The notes under the pieces were generated by a model, which saw nothing but the letters and a program-made list of their open reading frames with translations, searched no databases and was not told where the DNA came from. DNA of 64,000 bases, taken from the NCBI GenBank assembly GCA_903918885.1, contig CAIXFY010000019.1, positions 3,924 to 67,923 of the forward strand, written 5' to 3'. How positions within the stretch are numbered: position 1 is the first letter of the stretch; every line of letters starts with the position of its first letter. A program made the position numbers and the translations under genes. Positions 39,641 to 48,806 of this stretch are shown here, in pieces. The DNA comes from an uncultured Verrucomicrobia subdivision 3 bacterium. Its GTDB lineage: Bacteria > Verrucomicrobiota > Verrucomicrobiia > Limisphaerales > UBA11358.

Positions 39641-40588
39641 TTATTCTGGCTTCCAGTTCTTTAGTGAATCTTCCAACGCTGCTTCCACGCTGCGAATTTT
39701 CACACCAACGGAAAGCAGTTTGGAAACGTCCATCACACAGTTGGAGCGCGGCGTTTTGGCGGCGACTTTGTAGAATTCCTCGTCATTCGCCCAATACTCA
39801 AATTTCCGGGCGGGCTTCAGGTATTTCTCAATCTGCTCCACGACGTGCCGCGTGGTGACGAATCCGGGATTCGTGACGTTGTAGATGCCAAACGGCGCAC
39901 GCAGCGTCCAAGTATCAAGACATGCCTTCACATAATCGGCGCGGTGCGAAATGGAATTCACGTTGTCATAAACTTTGGCGTAGCGCTGCACTTTGCTCAG
40001 GTAATTCCGTTTGTTATCAAACTCGTCGAACGGAATCCGCAGCCGCCAGATGTAACTCTGCCCAATGCCGGCGATGGCTTCCTCACCGAGCGCCTTCGTG
40101 CCACTGTAAAAACTGCACGGCAAATCGCGAAAGGAAAAATTCGGCGCATCTATTTCGGTGAAACCGTGAATTTTTTCCGGCGACTCAGCCGCCAGCTTGC
40201 GCAATTCCGGCTTGGTAAAATCCTTTTCCGTCCGCGTCAGAGCATCCGCCATCACTTTCGCGCCAGAATAAATACAGCCGCTGGAAACGTGACCCCACGG
40301 AACATTCACTACCGCGCACGCGTGCGCGATGGTCTGCGGCAACAGCGCGTTGCCCAGCAACGTGCCCGCCTTGTCCAGTTCGCACGCGTCCACGTTTGGC
40401 TTGCCGGTGTAACCGGCAGCGTTGATGAGAAAGGTTGGTTTCTTTTCGGAAAGAAATTTCAGCAATAAGTCAAAGCGCGTGTAGTCTACTTCCTTACGCG
40501 CGAGGGGGATAAATTTTTCGCCGCGCCGCGTCAATTCACCCGCAAACGCTTCGCCGATATAGCCGCTGGCACCAAGGAGAAGAATCAT
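39641..40588 (-). CDS. NAD(P)-dependent sugar-nucleotide reductase of the RmlD superfamily, NRS/ER-like (possible bifunctional 3,5-epimerase/4-reductase)
   Basis: The Rossmann N-terminus is [10 protein letters not shown] and the YxxxK motif is [43 protein letters not shown] and [13 protein letters not shown] resemble the plant NRS/ER sequence as I recall it. Confidence 0.7.
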   Translation of the reverse strand: MILLLGASGYIGEAFAGELTRRGEKFIPLARKEVDYTRFDLLLKFLSEKKPTFLINAAGYTGKPNVDACELDKAGTLLGNALLPQTIAHACAVVNVPWGHVSSGCIYSGAKVMADALTRTEKDFTKPELRKLAAESPEKIHGFTEIDAPNFSFRDLPCSFYSGTKALGEEAIAGIGQSYIWRLRIPFDEFDNKRNYLSKVQRYAKVYDNVNSISHRADYVKACLDTWTLRAPFGIYNVTNPGFVTTRHVVEQIEKYLKPARKFEYWANDEEFYKVAAKTPRSNCVMDVSKLLSVGVKIRSVEAALEDSLKNWKPE

Positions 40589-40590
40589 AA

Positions 40591-41472
40591 TTATTTAAGC
40601 AGACGCTTCGCTTCAGCGACAACTTCGGTTTCAAGATAGCTCCGGTATTCGCAGTTAGGCATTTCGCCAACGATGGCTTCGAGTTGCGCCAGCGAGACAA
40701 TTCGGGAATGAAACGCCGCTTCTTCGGGACAACCGATCTTGATACCCGCACGCTTCTCGATTGTCTGCACATACGCGCTCGCCTCGTGCAGGCTGCTGCT
40801 CGTGCCAGCATCCAGCCACGCGAACCCGCGCGGCAACCGCTGCACGCGCAGCGCGCCGCGCCGCAGATACTCGACGTTGACGGCGGTGATTTCCAGCTCG
40901 CCGCGCGCAGACGGCTTCAGGTTTTTTGTGATGGCCACAACTTCGTTGTCGTAAATGTAAAGACCAGGCACCGCGTAATTGCTCTTGGGTAACTTGGGTT
41001 TTTCCTCGATGGAAACGGCCTTGCCCGCCGCGTCAAATTCCACCACGCCGTAGCGTTCCGGGTCGTGGACGTGATAACCAAAGATGGTTGCGCCCCCTTT
41101 GAATTCGCCAAATGCGCGGGTGAAAACGTCGCCGCCGTAAAAAATGTTGTCGCCGAGAATCAACGTCACCGCGTCCTGACCGATGAAACTTTCCGCAATC
41201 AGAAACGCCTGCGCGATACCTTCCGGCTTGGCCTGTTCGCGATAATCAATCGTCAGCCCGAAGCGAGAGCCGTCGCCGAGCAGTTGGCGGAAGCGCGGCA
41301 AATCCTGCGGCGTGGAGATAAGGCAAATCTCGCGCACACCGCCCTCGATGAGCGTCGTCAGCGGATAATAAACCATCGGCTTGTCGTAAACGGGTTGGAG
41401 CTGCTTGCTCGCAACGAGCGTGAGCGGATAGAGTCGCGAGCCAGCGCCGCCAGCGAGGATGATGCCTTTCAT
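40591..41472 (-). CDS. rfbA: glucose-1-phosphate thymidylyltransferase
   Basis: MKGIILAGGAGSRLYPLT, YDKPMVYYPL and EKPK.PKSNYAVPGLY are canonical RmlA motifs. Confidence 0.95.
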   Translation of the reverse strand: MKGIILAGGAGSRLYPLTLVASKQLQPVYDKPMVYYPLTTLIEGGVREICLISTPQDLPRFRQLLGDGSRFGLTIDYREQAKPEGIAQAFLIAESFIGQDAVTLILGDNIFYGGDVFTRAFGEFKGGATIFGYHVHDPERYGVVEFDAAGKAVSIEEKPKLPKSNYAVPGLYIYDNEVVAITKNLKPSARGELEITAVNVEYLRRGALRVQRLPRGFAWLDAGTSSSLHEASAYVQTIEKRAGIKIGCPEEAAFHSRIVSLAQLEAIVGEMPNCEYRSYLETEVVAEAKRLLK

Positions 41473-41509
41473 TTTTCAAATCGTAAAAATTTTTACGCGG
41501 TTGCGCCAA

Positions 41510-41537
41510 TAAAAAAGCCGCGTTTTTCAACGCGGCT
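41510..41537 (-). terminator. rho-independent terminator downstream of clpC
   Basis: On the minus strand AGCCGCGT-TGAAAA-ACGCGGCT is followed by TTTTTTATT, about 15 nt after the clpC stop. Confidence 0.6.
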
Positions 41538-41552
41538 GGGAGAATAATTATT

Positions 41553-44072
41553 CTAGGATTTTACCGCACCGGCATCTGGCGCGACGATTTTCTGGTTGAA
41601 CACCAGCTTATCTTTGTCAGCGGTGACTTGGATTAATTCACCTTCGCGCAAAGCACCTTTGAGAATTTCCTCGGCGAGCGGATCCTCGAAGAAACGCTCG
41701 ACCGCGCGCCGCATTGGGCGCGCGCCGTATTGAGGATCGTAGCCTTTTTCCACGAGCAAATCCTTCGCCTTGTCGTCGAGTTCCAACTTGAGGTTTTTCT
41801 TCCGCAGCCGTTCCAAAACTTTTTCCACTTCCAGACTTAAAATCTGGATGAGGTCGGGCTTGGTGAACGTGCGGAACACAATCAGGTCATCCAACCGATT
41901 CAAAAATTCAGGACGGAAAGTCTTCTTCGCTTCTTCCAAAACCCGTTCGCGCGCCTTCTCGTAAGTCGCTTCGTCCGTGATGGGCGCGAAGCCGAGCGTG
42001 GATGATTTGCGAATCGTGTCCGATCCGACGTTCGACGTCATCAGGATGATGGTGTTGCGGAAATTTACGATGCGCCCCATGCTATCCGTGAGTTTTCCCT
42101 CTTCCAAAATCTGCAACAGCATGTTCCACACGTCGGGATGTGCCTTTTCAATTTCGTCAAACAGAACGACTGAATATGGATTGCGCCGCACTTTTTCCGT
42201 GAGCTGGCCGCCCTCTTCGTAGCCAACATAGCCGGGCGGCGAACCGACTAGGCGCGAGACGTTGAACTTTTCCATGTATTCGCTCATGTCCAATTGGATG
42301 AGCGATTTCGCGTCCCCAAACATCTGCTCCGCGAGTGTTTTGGCGAGCAGCGTTTTGCCAACGCCGGTCGGGCCAAGCAAAAGGAAAGTTCCAATCGGCC
42401 GACGCGGATCTTTCAAATCCGCGCGCGAACGCTTGAGCGCCTTGCACAGCGCCGAAACCGCCTCGCGCTGGCCTACGACGATTTTTTCCATCTCAACTTC
42501 AACGGTAAGCAATCGCGTCATTTCGTCCTGACCCATGCGCTTGAGCGGAATGCCCGTCCACTTGGCAACGACTTGCAAAATTTCGTCTTCACCAACAACG
42601 ACGCGTTTTTCATCACTCTTTGCGCGCCAGTCTTTGAGCAAAGTTTCAAGCTTGTCCTTGGCCTGCTTTTCCAAATCGCGCATCTTCGCCGCGCCCTCAA
42701 AGTCCTGATTCTTGATGGCCGCCTCCTTCTTGCCTTTGACCTCTTCGATTTCAGCCTCCATCGTTTTAACTTCTGGTGGCCGCGTCATCGTTCCGATGCG
42801 CGCGCGCGAGCCGGCTTCGTCCAAAACGTCAATCGCCTTGTCCGGCAAAAACCGGTCGGTAATATAGCGGTCGGAAAGTTTCACCGCCTGTTCGACCGCC
42901 AAATCCGTGAATTCTGCCTTGTGATGCTCTTCGTATTTGTGGCGCAAGCCTTTCAAAATCGCAATCGCGTCGTCAATTGAAGGCGCTTCGACTTTCACGG
43001 ATTGAAAGCGGCGTTCCAGCGCGGCGTCCTTCTCAATGTATTTGCGATATTCATTCAACGTCGTCGCGCCGACGCACTGCATCTCGCCGCGTGACAGCGC
43101 GGGCTTGATGATGTTGCTCGCGTCCATCGTGCCTTCTGCCGAACCTGCGCCGACAATCGTGTGCAATTCGTCAATAAAGAGAATGACATTCTTCGCGCGG
43201 CGAATTTCGTCCATCACCGCCTTGATGCGCTCCTCGAACTGACCGCGATACTTCGTGCCCGCCACCATGAGCGCGAGGTCGAGCGTGATAACACGCTTAC
43301 TCAACAGAAGTTCCGGCACATTGCCCTTCACAATTTCCTGTGCCAGACCTTCGACGATGGCCGTCTTGCCCACGCCCGCTTCGCCGAGCAGAACCGGATT
43401 GTTCTTCGTGCGGCGACAAAGAATCTGGATGACGCGCTCGATTTCGTTTTTCCGGCCGATGATCGGATCCATGTCGCCTTTGCGGCAGATTTCCGTCAGG
43501 TCGCGGCCAAACGCCTTCAGCGCCGGTGTTTTGACATCGCCCTTCTTTTCGCCGGGGGCGGCTTTTTCAGCGGAAGGTTCGCCCGGCTGTGACGGCTCTT
43601 CGCCGCCCGGTTGTCCGCTGAAATTCGGATCGAGTTCCTTCAAAATCTCCTGACGACAAAGCTCAATGTCCACATCCAGCGCGCGCAAAACTTTTGCGGC
43701 CACGCCGTCGCCTTCGCGCAACAGGCCGAGCAGCAAATGCTCCGTGCCGACGTAAGTGTGATTGAGATTTTTTGCTTCCTTCTGCGAGAGCGCAATTACC
43801 TTTTTGACGCGCGGCGTGTAGGGAATATTGCCAACCATCTTCTGGTCGGGGCCGGAGCCGACCTGTTTCTCGACTTCCAAGCGGACGGTCTCGAGATCGA
43901 GCCCCATCCTCTGCAAAACATTGACGGCGACGCCCTGCCCCAGCTTGATTAAGCCGAGCAACAGGTGTTCCGTGCCGAGAAAATTGTGGTTCAACCGGTC
44001 GGCTTCCTTGCGTGCCAGCGCCAAAACCTGCTGGGCGCGCGGCGTAAAATTGCTCATGGCTTCATCGCTCAT
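41553..44072 (-). CDS. clpC: ATP-dependent Clp protease ATP-binding subunit ClpC
   Basis: 839-aa ORF with two Clp_N repeats and two AAA+ modules ([16 protein letters not shown]). A UVR-like linker ([18 protein letters not shown]) lies between them. Confidence 0.9.
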   Translation of the reverse strand: MSDEAMSNFTPRAQQVLALARKEADRLNHNFLGTEHLLLGLIKLGQGVAVNVLQRMGLDLETVRLEVEKQVGSGPDQKMVGNIPYTPRVKKVIALSQKEAKNLNHTYVGTEHLLLGLLREGDGVAAKVLRALDVDIELCRQEILKELDPNFSGQPGGEEPSQPGEPSAEKAAPGEKKGDVKTPALKAFGRDLTEICRKGDMDPIIGRKNEIERVIQILCRRTKNNPVLLGEAGVGKTAIVEGLAQEIVKGNVPELLLSKRVITLDLALMVAGTKYRGQFEERIKAVMDEIRRAKNVILFIDELHTIVGAGSAEGTMDASNIIKPALSRGEMQCVGATTLNEYRKYIEKDAALERRFQSVKVEAPSIDDAIAILKGLRHKYEEHHKAEFTDLAVEQAVKLSDRYITDRFLPDKAIDVLDEAGSRARIGTMTRPPEVKTMEAEIEEVKGKKEAAIKNQDFEGAAKMRDLEKQAKDKLETLLKDWRAKSDEKRVVVGEDEILQVVAKWTGIPLKRMGQDEMTRLLTVEVEMEKIVVGQREAVSALCKALKRSRADLKDPRRPIGTFLLLGPTGVGKTLLAKTLAEQMFGDAKSLIQLDMSEYMEKFNVSRLVGSPPGYVGYEEGGQLTEKVRRNPYSVVLFDEIEKAHPDVWNMLLQILEEGKLTDSMGRIVNFRNTIILMTSNVGSDTIRKSSTLGFAPITDEATYEKARERVLEEAKKTFRPEFLNRLDDLIVFRTFTKPDLIQILSLEVEKVLERLRKKNLKLELDDKAKDLLVEKGYDPQYGARPMRRAVERFFEDPLAEEILKGALREGELIQVTADKDKLVFNQKIVAPDAGAVKS

Positions 44073-44127
44073 ACTTGAATCTATTTTGCTACGAGTTGGT
44101 GAATTTGTCCAATGCCATTGGCGAAAA

Positions 44128-44640
44128 TCACGACCTGCTCCAAAAATTCGGACGGCTCAAACCAAACACCAATCCCATAAACACCCCAACTGCTGTCATT
44201 GCACCAAACATCTCCGCCCAGTCGTTTGTTTCCTCCACCAAACGCCATCCGGCTCCGAAGCCAACAATGAATCCACAGACGAAACGGACTCGAAAACCAA
44301 CCCAATCATATTTTGCACGCGTAGGATCTGATTCATATTCAGGTTCATTTTCGCCGCGAAACTCTTTCGACATCTGGATGTAAAGCCAGGCTACAAATAC
44401 AGACCAAGCCAGCATCAAACTTACCAAAACCAAAGTCCGCAGAGCTTCACTTATTTGAAACACTTGTGTTAATCGAAAAAGCCCAAATACAGGGATAAAG
44501 AAACAGGAGCAAACAGCCAACAGATACCGAACAATTCCGGAAAGAAAACCATGCTCCACATGGTGTGGAGCTATCGACAAATAAAAAACCATCGGCAAAA
44601 ACGCAAAGCCGACCGCCATGGTTTTGGTCAATCTCTTCAA
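44128..44640 (-). CDS. hypothetical membrane protein (about 4-5 TM)
   Basis: 170-aa hydrophobic ORF that is visibly lower in GC than its neighbours. I recognise no motif. Confidence 0.5.
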   Translation of the reverse strand: MKRLTKTMAVGFAFLPMVFYLSIAPHHVEHGFLSGIVRYLLAVCSCFFIPVFGLFRLTQVFQISEALRTLVLVSLMLAWSVFVAWLYIQMSKEFRGENEPEYESDPTRAKYDWVGFRVRFVCGFIVGFGAGWRLVEETNDWAEMFGAMTAVGVFMGLVFGLSRPNFWSRS

Positions 44641-44645
44641 GTTAT

Positions 44646-45065
44646 TTAACCCAGCTTTGGTAAAGCGGAATCCGCCGGGCGCTCGACGAAATGCAGCAGG
44701 TTCCCCTCGCCGTCCGCAAAAAATAATACATTCCCGCCGCCAGCCGCTGGGCGGACTGTTTCGGTAAATTTCACACCGTGCGCTTCCAGTTCCGCCTTCG
44801 CCGCGTCCAGCGAATCCACGCGCAGCGCGAGGTGGCGAAAGCCCTGAAGCTTGTTATTCCCACGTTCCGGCAACGGCGCGTCGGCTTGATAAATCTCGAA
44901 CCAGACACTGCCCAACGAAATCAGGCAGGTCGGCGGCGTTTGGCCGTTGTTGAAAACTTCGCGTGCTCCGAGAACGCGTTCATACCAATTCTTCAAAGCC
45001 ACCGGATCTGCGGCGGGGATGGCGATGTGTTCGACGGAAATTTTCATAAGCGAATTAAAAATCAA
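44646..45065 (-). CDS. VOC (glyoxalase/bleomycin-resistance/dioxygenase) family protein
   Basis: It has the VEHIAIPAADPVALKNWY beta-alpha-beta-beta-beta start and GFRHLALRV. An alternative start is ATG 45047. Confidence 0.75.
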   Translation of the reverse strand: MIFNSLMKISVEHIAIPAADPVALKNWYERVLGAREVFNNGQTPPTCLISLGSVWFEIYQADAPLPERGNNKLQGFRHLALRVDSLDAAKAELEAHGVKFTETVRPAAGGGNVLFFADGEGNLLHFVERPADSALPKLG

Positions 45066-45087
45066 AATCGGGAACGGCGCGACAATT

Positions 45088-47988
45088 TTAATTCCCCGCC
45101 GTCACTTGCAGCGGCTGGTCGCGGCGCGCGGCAAAGTTTTTCAGATAATTTTCCCACTGGAGATGGTTTGTAAAATCGCCGCTGCGATCCCAGCTCGCGC
45201 CGAAGTAATACTCAAACGGCTTGCCGACTTCCGCCTGCGCGATGGCGAGCTGGTTGCGGATGGCCGGATAACCTTCATGCGTCGGCTGCGGCACATTGGC
45301 GTGCTTCACGCTGTCGGGCATCGCGGGATTGTCGTTGGTGAATTCCTTCACGGAATTCTTCGGCAGCAGGATGGCCACCGCCGTCGTGCCTTTTGGCACA
45401 TCTTCCGACTGCCAGTAAGTCATCCAGCCCTCGGTCAAATCGTGCGCGATGAATTCCTCGCGATTCGTGGGACAGGCGCGTTCGGCCAGGCCGACGCCGA
45501 TGGTCAACGGCGATTTGTCTTCGCTGGAAATCGTGCTCGTCACCTTCGTCAGCCACGAACCGGCGTCAATGCTGAAGCACTTGATTTCGGAAATCATGCG
45601 GCCGTTGCCGGCATCCCACGCGTCGTAAGTCAGTTCAAATTCCGAGCGGATTGGGCCGGTGGTGATGAGTTTCCAGTTCCTATAATTGCTGGACGTGTAA
45701 AGCTTCGTGCCGTCCCAAATGCCGAGGCCGCCGCAGCCGCGGCTTTTGCCGACACGATAATCGTCCATGAATTCGCCGTTGTCCTCGTGATAATGGCCGG
45801 TGCGATACATCGAATCCACCGTCAGCTCGCGATTCTTCTTGATCCACACATCCGGGCCGCTGCTGGTCGTGGCACCTACGGGAGCGGTGATGAGCGCAAG
45901 ACCGTAGGCGCGGTGCGCAATGCGGTCGCTCTCCCACGCAAAATCGTCGAAGCGTTCGGGAACGTAACGGGCAAAGGTTTTTACGATGGGCGGCGGTGTG
46001 GCGGCCAACGCACTTGCGTCCAAAATATAAAATGTCCGCGTCTCGCCGGGTGCGAGGTCAACTTGGAAAAGCAATTTGTTGTCTTCTTGTATCGGATTAG
46101 AAGCATCAGCCTGCAAAGTTAATATGCGAGATGAAAGGCAATCCATCACGGCAAATTTAATTTTGTCATTATGATTCAAACTATAAGTCCAAAAACAACC
46201 AGTGAATTTCAATAAATTAAGTTCCACTGTTTCATTTTCACGGCCAAATATTGACGGGTTCGTAATTTTAACTGGAACCCTCAATGCTGGAATTGGATTT
46301 CCTTCTATCCATGAAACAGAATTGAAAGCAGAGGAAGATTCTTTTGTCATTCCCAATACCGCCAGCCGATAAACTTCGCTTCCCGCCAACAGGAACGCGC
46401 CGACGCCGTAAACTTCCGTGGAGTCTTCCGCAAATTTCTTCGGGTCCGCGCCGATGGGCTGGACGTGCGTCAGCTTGCCGTCCGCATCCACGCAGGCCGT
46501 GAGCGCCGCCCACGCCTTGCGCACGGCGGGTTCAAATTGCGCGCGGTCGAGCAAGCCCTGATTCACGCCCCAAGCCAGTGCGTAGGTGTAAAAACCGGAT
46601 CCGCTGGTTTCCTTGAGCGGATAACTATCCGGGTCGAGCAAACTCGCGCGCCAAAGTCCGTCGGCTTGTTGGCAGGTCAGGATTTTCGCCGCCATGTCCT
46701 TGAACAATTGCTCGAAGCGCGGACGGTCGGGATGATTCGTCGGCAGGTATTGCAGCACGCGAACGAGTCCGCCCATCACCCAGCCATTGCCGCGCCCCCA
46801 GAAAACTTTCTTGCCGTTGGCCTCCGTCTTCTTGAAATAAGTGCTGTCGCGAAAGAAAAGATGTTCATCCTTGTCGTAAAGATAATCAGTGGTGCGCCAC
46901 CATTCTTTGAGCACGAAACTCAAATATCTTTCATCGCCGGTCGCGCGATACAGCCGCAGCCATGCGGGCGGCGCCATGAACAACGAATCGCACCACGACC
47001 AGTTTTCGCCCGCCATGTGTTTGGGTTGGTCGAAGGCAAGGCTCTCGACTTTCGAAGGCTCAGCCAGAATGGCGTCAAAACGCTCGCGCATCGGCGCAAT
47101 CATCTTCGGATCGCGATACAAAAAATAGAGTTCGCAGTAGGTCTGACCGACAGCGTGGTCGTCCGCATGAAATTTACGAGCGCCGAGTTTCCATTCATTC
47201 GTCTCCCCCAGCGCGAGCATCGCGTCGCGGTATTTCACGTCGCCGGAAATTCCCGCCAGCACCATCATGCCCGCGTCGCCAACGCCGCACGTCCAGTCGG
47301 TCGGCTTGTGCCTGGAAGGATTCGCGAGCTGCCAGTCGGCCACTAGCTGCATCACGTCGAGGACGGACTTGGGCGCGAGGCTGAAATCACTGGGCAGTTC
47401 CCGCACCCGCACACTGCGAATCTCCATCCGCTTTCCCTCCGCTTGAATGCCAATGAAACCGCTCTCCGGATCGAAACCCTGCGTCCACAGATGTTTGCCG
47501 TTCAGCGACAGCGAGGCGTTCGTCCCCTGCACTGCCATCGTGAAAGTCGCCCACTCACCCTGCGGCACGATGGCAGGCTTGGGCGAGAGCTTGATGTCTT
47601 TATTTTGAAGCCATGCGCCAAGGTCAGTCTGTTTGAGGTTCACCTGCCAACCATTCGTGGGCATCGGCGTGCCGTTGAGAGCGGCGCGGAGAAAAATGCC
47701 ACTGTTGTAATTCGTCTCTAACCCGCGCCACTCCACTTCCAGCGTGAAATTAGTGAACGCACGTTCCGTCCGCAGCCAGCCCATGCCGCCCTCGATTTTA
47801 ATCGCGCCGTTTGTTACGGAAAATTTTCCACCATTCATCACCGCCCAGCCGTCAAGGTTCGTGCCGTTGAACAACGAAATCCACTTGGCATCAGCCGCTA
47901 TGGAAAGATTGGCGGCCAACAGCAAAGGCAGAATGAAGAATGAAGAATGTAGAAGAGGGAGCAGTCGCAAACGTAAGTTTGTTTTCAT
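45088..47988 (-). CDS. exported three-module protein: DUF1080 (3-keto-disaccharide hydrolase-like) + GH105/GH88 unsaturated uronyl hydrolase + DUF4861
   Basis: 966-aa ORF with a signal peptide. The N-terminal module runs from WISLFNGTNLDGW to GFIGIQAEGKRMEIRSVRVREL (DUF1080 pattern). The middle module has DSLFMAPPAW, FWGRGNGWV and GSGFYTYAL (GH105/88 pattern). The C-terminal ~400 aa resembles the DUF4861 found next to kduI/kduD. Confidence 0.8.
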   Translation of the reverse strand: MKTNLRLRLLPLLHSSFFILPLLLAANLSIAADAKWISLFNGTNLDGWAVMNGGKFSVTNGAIKIEGGMGWLRTERAFTNFTLEVEWRGLETNYNSGIFLRAALNGTPMPTNGWQVNLKQTDLGAWLQNKDIKLSPKPAIVPQGEWATFTMAVQGTNASLSLNGKHLWTQGFDPESGFIGIQAEGKRMEIRSVRVRELPSDFSLAPKSVLDVMQLVADWQLANPSRHKPTDWTCGVGDAGMMVLAGISGDVKYRDAMLALGETNEWKLGARKFHADDHAVGQTYCELYFLYRDPKMIAPMRERFDAILAEPSKVESLAFDQPKHMAGENWSWCDSLFMAPPAWLRLYRATGDERYLSFVLKEWWRTTDYLYDKDEHLFFRDSTYFKKTEANGKKVFWGRGNGWVMGGLVRVLQYLPTNHPDRPRFEQLFKDMAAKILTCQQADGLWRASLLDPDSYPLKETSGSGFYTYALAWGVNQGLLDRAQFEPAVRKAWAALTACVDADGKLTHVQPIGADPKKFAEDSTEVYGVGAFLLAGSEVYRLAVLGMTKESSSAFNSVSWIEGNPIPALRVPVKITNPSIFGRENETVELNLLKFTGCFWTYSLNHNDKIKFAVMDCLSSRILTLQADASNPIQEDNKLLFQVDLAPGETRTFYILDASALAATPPPIVKTFARYVPERFDDFAWESDRIAHRAYGLALITAPVGATTSSGPDVWIKKNRELTVDSMYRTGHYHEDNGEFMDDYRVGKSRGCGGLGIWDGTKLYTSSNYRNWKLITTGPIRSEFELTYDAWDAGNGRMISEIKCFSIDAGSWLTKVTSTISSEDKSPLTIGVGLAERACPTNREEFIAHDLTEGWMTYWQSEDVPKGTTAVAILLPKNSVKEFTNDNPAMPDSVKHANVPQPTHEGYPAIRNQLAIAQAEVGKPFEYYFGASWDRSGDFTNHLQWENYLKNFAARRDQPLQVTAGN

Positions 47989-48036
47989 AATGAGGTTTTT
48001 TGTTTCTGCATTCTACATTCTGCCTTCTTCATTCAT
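47927..48036. repeat. imperfect inverted repeat built from tandem GAATGNA heptamers (family A, copy 1)
   Basis: The left arm is GGCAGAATGAAGAATGAAG (47927-47945). The right arm, in reverse complement, is GGCAGAATGTAGAATGCAG (48006-48024). They match at 17/19 positions. The loop contains the ATG of the 966-aa gene, and the right arm abuts the kduD stop. Confidence 0.7.
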
Positions 48037-48806
48037 CGCCCCAGCCAGCCACCGTCAATATTCAGCACCGCGCCATTCAGGTAGTCAGAGTCGCTACCCG
48101 CCAGAAAGACGCAACCGCCAGCGATGTCTTCCGCCGCGCCCCAACGGCCTTCGGGAATGCGATCCAGAATCGCCTTATTGCGCATCGGATCGGCACGCAA
48201 AGCCGCGGTGTTTTCCGTAGCAATGTAGCCGGGCGCGATGGCGTTCACGTTGATGCGTTCTTTCGCCCACTCGTTAGACAAAGCTTTGGTCACTCCCGCA
48301 ATGGCGTGTTTGCTTGCGGCGTAAGCGGGAACGGTGATGCCGCCCTGAAAGGACAGCAGCGACGCGATGTTCACCAGCTTGAGCCGGGAATTTTCGGGCG
48401 CTTTCGCACGGCCGGATTCAATCCACCATTTGCCGACAGCTTGCATCAGGAAAAATGGCGAATTCAAATTCGTCCCCATGACGGCGTTCCAGTCGGCTTC
48501 GGAAAAGTCCTTGGCCGGTGCGCGGCGAATAATGCCAGCGTTGTTCACCAGCACATCAATCTTGCCCGTCTTCGCGAGGATCTGTGCGATGACATCTTGC
48601 GATTCTTTCTGCGTGCCCGTGCCGAGGTCGGCATTGTGGGCGATGAATTTGCCACCGGCTTTTTCAACTGCCGCGCCGGTTTCCGCCAAATCACTGCGCG
48701 CGACGCCGACAACCATTGCACCTTCTTTTGCGAACGCCACGCAAATCGCCTGACCAATGCCCCGGCTCGCGCCCGTGACGACCACGACTTTGTTTTTGTA
48801 TTTCAT
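48033..48806 (-). CDS. kduD: 2-dehydro-3-deoxy-D-gluconate 5-dehydrogenase (SDR)
   Basis: It has the SDR motifs VVVVTGASRGIG, NNAG and YAASKHA. It lies immediately downstream of kduI with zero intergenic spacing. Confidence 0.85.
   Translation of the reverse strand: MKYKNKVVVVTGASRGIGQAICVAFAKEGAMVVGVARSDLAETGAAVEKAGGKFIAHNADLGTGTQKESQDVIAQILAKTGKIDVLVNNAGIIRRAPAKDFSEADWNAVMGTNLNSPFFLMQAVGKWWIESGRAKAPENSRLKLVNIASLLSFQGGITVPAYAASKHAIAGVTKALSNEWAKERINVNAIAPGYIATENTAALRADPMRNKAILDRIPEGRWGAAEDIAGGCVFLAGSDSDYLNGAVLNIDGGWLGR

Noticed and set aside
47927-48036. GAATGNA repeats considered as a CRISPR array or mini-satellite
   Set aside because: There are only two inverted arms per locus and no regular repeat-spacer periodicity. 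No cas genes are present.
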